Shown one piece after another: positions 35,019-39,443 of a stretch of DNA of 39,443 nucleotides. Position 1 is the stretch's first letter; each line of letters opens with the position of its first letter. The notes under the pieces are model-generated. The model was given only the letters and a program-made list of their open reading frames with translations. It ran no database searches and had not been told where the DNA came from. Location: IMG/VR virus record IMGVR_UViG_3300048851_000120, positions 1 to 39,443 of that record; one strand, written 5' to 3'. The DNA comes from a virus (lineage: Duplodnaviria > Caudoviricetes). The translations under genes were made by a program, and so were the position numbers.

Positions 35019-36640
35019 GCCGGCGCCCCGCCGCCCGCGCCGGGAATCATCCCCTGCTGCTGAGCCATGGTCATGGCCTGCTGCATCAGCGCCTGCTGCT
35101 CCGTCTGCGTGCGCAGCAGCGTCGGGTTGAACCCCATCTTGTCGGCCAGGAATCGCGTCAGCTTATCGGTGTCCGCCACCAGCAGCGGCGCCTGGGGACC
35201 AAGAATGCTCGCCACGGTCTGGAGAAAGTTCACATGCCGCAGGATGTCGTCCTGCGCCTGTGCCCGGGTCAGCGGCGACAGCGGCCGGACCTTGATCTTG
35301 TCGCCGTCGATGGGCGGCAGGTCGGCCATGCCCTGCGACCGCTTCAGCAGCCACCACACCCGCCCGACTAGCGGGAACAGGAATTCCTTCAGCAGCCGGC
35401 CATAGGCGCCCGTGAGGCGCCGCGCCCGGTCAGCGGTGCGCTGCGCAATTTCCGTGGCCGTCTTGGGGGTTTTGGTGATGTCGCCCAGGTCGTTGACGTA
35501 GAGCGCTTCCTTGATCGCCGCTCGCAGCTGGTCCAGCTGCATCTGCGCCAGGTTCACGTTGCCGGTCGGCGCCAGGTTCTCCAGCCCCTTCCCGCCCGGC
35601 ATGCGCGGGATCAGCGCGCCCGGCTCCAGGATGGCCGTGTCAGGGTTGATCACCCCGTCATCGTCGTACATCCAGATGCCGGAAAGCTGGAGGTCGGCGG
35701 TCTCCAGCATCAGCTCCACCAGCTTGTTGGCCACCCGGATATCGGGCAGCGCCATCATCACCGGCCCGCGGCCCATGGCCTCGCCCGCCACGCGGCTGAA
35801 GGAGGGAGCCACGAAGGGGCAAGAGCCCACGCCCTCGCTCCTCTCCTCCAGCAGCAGGCCCCCGGCGGTGCGCTCCTTCCACGCCACCCGCTGCACCCAC
35901 ACCTCGCGCCCGCGCGCTGACCAATCGCGCTCCACGCCCTCCAGCAACTCGATTTCCAGCGTCGGCTCCCGTTCGCGCCGGTCCGCCAGCTCCTGCGGCA
36001 GCTTCGCCAGGGGCCATAGCTCCTCGATGTGCTGCAGCTGCACCTTCCGAGGCATGAACAGCGCGTCCACCTCATTGCGGGGGCCGGTGTCCAGCACGCA
36101 CTGGGTCAGCGGCACCGCGCGGAAGCTCACGGGGGTTACCGCATCCCCGGCCTCGATCAGCAGGATGCCGGTGCCGATGCAGTAATCCAGCAGCGCCTCA
36201 TGGGCGCCGCTGCGGAAATTGCTGTTGTTGATGGCCTCGATGACGGCGGTGGAGATGTCGGCCAGGCGCCGGTTCACCTCCTCCTGCTTCTCTTCCTCGA
36301 TGCCGGGCCCGGCCTTCAGCTCGAAGGGCGTCTGGTCCGCCGGCCACACATCGTCCAGGGTCTGGGAGGCCAGGCCCTGGATGGCGGTCACGGCCGTGCT
36401 GTCGAACAGCCGGTCCACATCCGGCCCGCCATCGGCCATGTAGCTGCGCTGGCGCAGCGGCAGGGCGAATTCATAGCAGGCGTCGATGGTGGAGGCGAAG
36501 GTGTCGCGCCGGCCCTTCGCCTTCTCGAACCGCTCAATCACGCGCTGCGCGTCGCGCTGCGGCGGCGACGGCACGCGCAAGGTGGGCTCATTGGCCGTGG
36601 CCGCCCGTCGCATGGATGCCGCCTCGCCGCGCTTCGCCAT
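35015..36640 (-). CDS. Portal (head-tail connector)
   Basis: LFDSTA, GEAMGRGP..ALPDI, KTATEI, SPLTRAQ; 541 aa. Confidence 0.93.
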   Translation of the reverse strand: MAKRGEAASMRRAATANEPTLRVPSPPQRDAQRVIERFEKAKGRRDTFASTIDACYEFALPLRQRSYMADGGPDVDRLFDSTAVTAIQGLASQTLDDVWPADQTPFELKAGPGIEEEKQEEVNRRLADISTAVIEAINNSNFRSGAHEALLDYCIGTGILLIEAGDAVTPVSFRAVPLTQCVLDTGPRNEVDALFMPRKVQLQHIEELWPLAKLPQELADRREREPTLEIELLEGVERDWSARGREVWVQRVAWKERTAGGLLLEERSEGVGSCPFVAPSFSRVAGEAMGRGPVMMALPDIRVANKLVELMLETADLQLSGIWMYDDDGVINPDTAILEPGALIPRMPGGKGLENLAPTGNVNLAQMQLDQLRAAIKEALYVNDLGDITKTPKTATEIAQRTADRARRLTGAYGRLLKEFLFPLVGRVWWLLKRSQGMADLPPIDGDKIKVRPLSPLTRAQAQDDILRHVNFLQTVASILGPQAPLLVADTDKLTRFLADKMGFNPTLLRTQTEQQALMQQAMTMAQQQGMIPGAGGGAPA

Positions 36641-36876
36641 CAGACGCCCCCCAGCCCCGTGGTGTATCCGGTCTCGCCCGCCGCGCTCAGCAGCGACCGG
36701 CGCCCGCGCAGGCCAGAAGCCGCCGCCCGGCGGTCCAGCTCTGCCTGTTGCTCGGCCTGCAGCTTCTCCCGCTTGGCCCGGTCCGCCGCATCCGCTGCGG
36801 CCTTGTCTGCCTCCGCCTGGCGTGCCAGCTCCTCGGCTGTCGGCTGCGGTGCGCTCACCTTGGGTGCGCTACGCAT
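36640..36876 (-). CDS. Small virion protein
   Basis: PKVSAP...GRRSLL...LG pattern of podovirus pre-portal proteins. Confidence 0.65.
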   Translation of the reverse strand: MRSAPKVSAPQPTAEELARQAEADKAAADAADRAKREKLQAEQQAELDRRAAASGLRGRRSLLSAAGETGYTTGLGGV

Positions 36877-37306
36877 CTGTGTTCCTTCCAATTTCTCGTG
36901 CCCCGAGGCGGCGGAGCATCCAGAACAGCTTGTGCGGCGTCAAAGGAAGCCTGCGCAGCCCCAGGATGGCGCCGATGCACCCGGCGCAGGTCACCGCCCA
37001 GCGCGGCCGCACCACGACATTCGCCTGCGGCTTGATCTCCAGCAGCCGCAGCCGGCCGATCTTCGCTTCCGCGAACCACCGCAGCACCGCCTCATGGGGC
37101 GCCACGCCGATATGCACCCCCGTGACCAGCGCCTCCGCATAGAGCCAGACGCCCGGCCCATCGGCCGCCGGCACGAAGCCGAAGGTGAAGCAGTGGCCGA
37201 AGCCCGGTGTTAGGAACCGGCCCCACCAGATGCTCGTCTTCGGCTCGAAGGCCACGATCCACTTTGCCGGCGTCAGTCCCGCCGCATCGAATACCTGTTC
37301 CGTCAC
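36869..37306 (-). CDS. Hypothetical protein, permuted papain-like fold
   Basis: PGFGHC...TCAGC...TPHKL (His before Cys); GTGA overlap with terL. Confidence 0.6.
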   Translation of the reverse strand: MTEQVFDAAGLTPAKWIVAFEPKTSIWWGRFLTPGFGHCFTFGFVPAADGPGVWLYAEALVTGVHIGVAPHEAVLRWFAEAKIGRLRLLEIKPQANVVVRPRWAVTCAGCIGAILGLRRLPLTPHKLFWMLRRLGAREIGRNTDA

Positions 37307-38886
37307 CGCCGCCCCCGCCGATCCAGCCCCTGCCACCCGCGCCCGCTTATGCGCGCCACCGGCGCCGCGCCCGGCCGGCGCATCGGCGGGCCGCCGTTGT
37401 GCCCGATCATCTGCCGGTTCTGCGGGTCCACCTGCGTCAGCAGCGCCCGCCCCTCGCCGCCGCCAACCACCGCGTATTGCAGCGCGTCGGCAATGTGGCT
37501 GAACCGGTTCTTGTCGGGCGTGTCGCTGTATTGCTCCTGGCTGGTGGACATGCGCCGATACATGTAGCCACCGCCCACCGCCTCCAGCAGCAGCCGGCAG
37601 CGCGGGGAGAACACGATTGCGGCGCCTTCCTCGCTGGTCCGGCGCAACAGCTGGTCCACGGCATTGGTGCGAATGGATGGGTCGTTCGTCGGCGCCGCGA
37701 TGATCTTCAGGCCCTTGGCCCGGAACATCAGCATGGGCGAAATCTCGTCCGCTTCCGCCAGGTTGTCGCCGGCCGGGTCGCCGAACATGACGAAGTTGGC
37801 GCCCGGGAACCGCGTGGCCATGAAGGGCTTCAGCATGTCAGCGAACGCCGACGCCCCCATGTTGTCGGCCCAGAACTCATCCAGGATATACCAGCGGCCG
37901 AACACGTATTGGGCAAAGACGGCGGCAGGGGTGCGGCCGAAGTCTTGGCCCACGATGATGGGGTGGCCCGGGAATGCCTCAATCGGCTCAGCCGCCTTGT
38001 GCTTCGCCTCGACATAGGCGGGCCAGACCGGCTTGCCCTGCCGCTGCCGCCCCGGCTTGTTCAGCAGCTCTGTCCGAATGCCTTCCTCGGTCTTGCCGCC
38101 GATGGCATCGGCATAATAGCTGGGCGGCAGGTTCGGCAGGTTTTCGGCCGCCGGGCTCGGCACATAGCCCGTTACCTGGCCGTCGTGGTTTTTCACCTCC
38201 AGCACTGCCGGAGGCTGCAAGAAAAACTCCCAGTTGGCGGGCTTGGTCAGGCTCATGCGCTCGCTGGCAGAGAGGCCATCCGGCGGCGTTACCTGCCCCG
38301 ACATGATGGAGGACCAATGGCCTTCCGTGGGCGCGTTGGTCTCGCCCATGACCTGCGGCGCTGCGCAGCCACCAGCCGCCACGGGGGGAAAGCGGCCCGT
38401 GCGCTCCACCAGCGTTGTGATGATTTCCCGGGGAATATAGCGGTATTCCGAGACCCAAGCGTCGGAGATTTCCAACGACTTCAGGTCTTCAACATCTTCC
38501 GCTTTGTCCAACGCATAGAACAGCCATTCCCAGTCCAGGCCCGGCAGGCGGATATGCCGGCGCGGCCGGCCTGACACCGTGATAGGCCCCCAAATGGACT
38601 CGGGCATCTGGCCCCGGATGGAGGGCAACACGGTGTCCACCAACTGTTTGTTGGTATTCCGCACTACCAGGGTCCGCCGGTAGCGCGTCCCCTTGGTCAA
38701 GCCCATCTGGCCGTTGGCTTCCGGCTGGAGATGGATGGCATTGACCATCAAGGTTTGGATAAGGCCGGTTGTCTTGCCCGACCCCACCGGCCCTTGCAGG
38801 AACTTCGCCCGCGCGCCCGACACCAGGAACCGCTGAACGGTCAGCCCCGCCGGGCGGATGTCGATCGCGGGGAGAAGGTCAGCCAT
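37303..38886 (-). CDS. terL: Terminase large subunit
   Basis: Walker A GPVGSGKT, AWVSE (Walker B variant), ETNAP, GQDFGRTPA and SHIADALQY nuclease motifs. Confidence 0.95.
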   Translation of the reverse strand: MADLLPAIDIRPAGLTVQRFLVSGARAKFLQGPVGSGKTTGLIQTLMVNAIHLQPEANGQMGLTKGTRYRRTLVVRNTNKQLVDTVLPSIRGQMPESIWGPITVSGRPRRHIRLPGLDWEWLFYALDKAEDVEDLKSLEISDAWVSEYRYIPREIITTLVERTGRFPPVAAGGCAAPQVMGETNAPTEGHWSSIMSGQVTPPDGLSASERMSLTKPANWEFFLQPPAVLEVKNHDGQVTGYVPSPAAENLPNLPPSYYADAIGGKTEEGIRTELLNKPGRQRQGKPVWPAYVEAKHKAAEPIEAFPGHPIIVGQDFGRTPAAVFAQYVFGRWYILDEFWADNMGASAFADMLKPFMATRFPGANFVMFGDPAGDNLAEADEISPMLMFRAKGLKIIAAPTNDPSIRTNAVDQLLRRTSEEGAAIVFSPRCRLLLEAVGGGYMYRRMSTSQEQYSDTPDKNRFSHIADALQYAVVGGGEGRALLTQVDPQNRQMIGHNGGPPMRRPGAAPVARISGRGWQGLDRRGRR

Positions 38887-39164
38887 CAGGGATAGCCCAC
38901 AACATCGGCCGCGCATCGCCCGCAGCGGATCGCGTGCGGCAGCAGCATGAACAGGTCGGAACCGCAGTCGCACCGCCAGAAGGACCGCCCCTCCTCCGGC
39001 ATCGGCGCAGCCACGAAGGCGCCGTGGATCAGCCCGCAGCCCGGGCATTCCAGACGATAGGTGCCGAGCGGCGCAGTCGCCGCCCACTGGTGCCCGCACG
39101 ACATGCAGCGCGCATCACCAGCCATATGCGGCCGGCGGTCGGCGAGGGAGACCACCTCAGCCAT
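38886..39164 (-). CDS. Zinc-ribbon protein
   Basis: CMSC, CPGC, CDC and CGRC; TGATG coupling to terL. Confidence 0.7.
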   Translation of the reverse strand: MAEVVSLADRRPHMAGDARCMSCGHQWAATAPLGTYRLECPGCGLIHGAFVAAPMPEEGRSFWRCDCGSDLFMLLPHAIRCGRCAADVVGYP

Positions 39165-39443
39165 GCCCCTGCATCCTGGCCACATCAACCATGAACGAGA
39201 CCCGGCGCCGTGCCTCTTCCAGCGCCCGCGCCGCGGGGACGCCCTGCGCCTCCAGTTTCACCTGAACCGTGCTGACCAGCCACGCGCGCGGCACCGTCAC
39301 CACAGGCAAATCAGCAGCGGCAGGGGGGGGCGATTCATCGTGGATAACGTCGGGCACCGGGACCGACCCCCGGCATTCGCACGGCCGATCCGGCGGGCAT
39401 GGCTCGAAACGAGCAGGGCAATCCGGGCCAGGGGTACAAACCA
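39157..39443 (-). CDS. 3' part of the junction-spanning hypothetical protein (starts at 488)
   Basis: In frame with 1..488 across the 127-bp overlap. Confidence 0.65.
   Translation of the reverse strand, partial: VCTPGPDCPARFEPCPPDRPCECRGSVPVPDVIHDESPPPAAADLPVVTVPRAWLVSTVQVKLEAQGVPAARALEEARRRVSFMVDVARMQGHG
39317..39443. repeat. Terminal direct repeat, right copy
   Basis: Identical to 1..127. Confidence 0.97.

Larger units (their letters stand above)
1..39443. mobile_element. Complete temperate podovirus-type phage genome (excised/circular form)
   Basis: Lysogeny, replication, packaging, head, tail and lysis modules all present; intact attP; circular overlap; no flanking host chromosome. 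Confidence 0.95.

Noticed and set aside
39317-39443. 127-bp terminal repeat as a biological T7-type DTR
   Set aside because: The length equals a common assembler k-mer (127) and it falls mid-CDS, so it is best read as a circular assembly overlap.

Overview
The window is an apparently complete, circular genome of a temperate, high-GC podovirus-type phage. The first and last 127 bp are identical, giving about 39.3 kb of unique sequence, and one CDS reads through the junction. An alphaproteobacterial host (possibly Roseomonas/Acetobacteraceae-like) is inferred from the GTTC-N7-GTTC LexA box, GcrA/GapR-like genes and PEP-CTERM proteins. Modules: (1) a lambdoid-style switch (cI, cro, cII-like, four operators); (2) a minus-strand early operon (GapR-like, RuvC-like, DUF1376 initiator with iterons, HU, GcrA-like) running into terS, terL, portal, scaffold, capsid, a giant fibre/lyase protein and lysis genes; (3) a plus-strand early operon (RecE-like exonuclease, Sak4-like ATPase, PEP-CTERM, xis, int) ending at an intact attP with the 3' half of tRNA-Thr(GGT); (4) a T7/BPP-1-like tail and ejected-protein operon, with the tailspike transcribed divergently. 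Most notable: two phage-encoded PEP-CTERM exosortase substrates, one behind a complete sigma54 promoter with putative enhancer and IHF sites; four late promoters sharing CTCTGGATAG, two of which use one palindromic -35, next to a truncated GcrA-like gene; and a non-cleavable repressor facing a LexA-boxed convergent gene that is a candidate antirepressor. All family assignments are from motif recognition by eye, not database searches.
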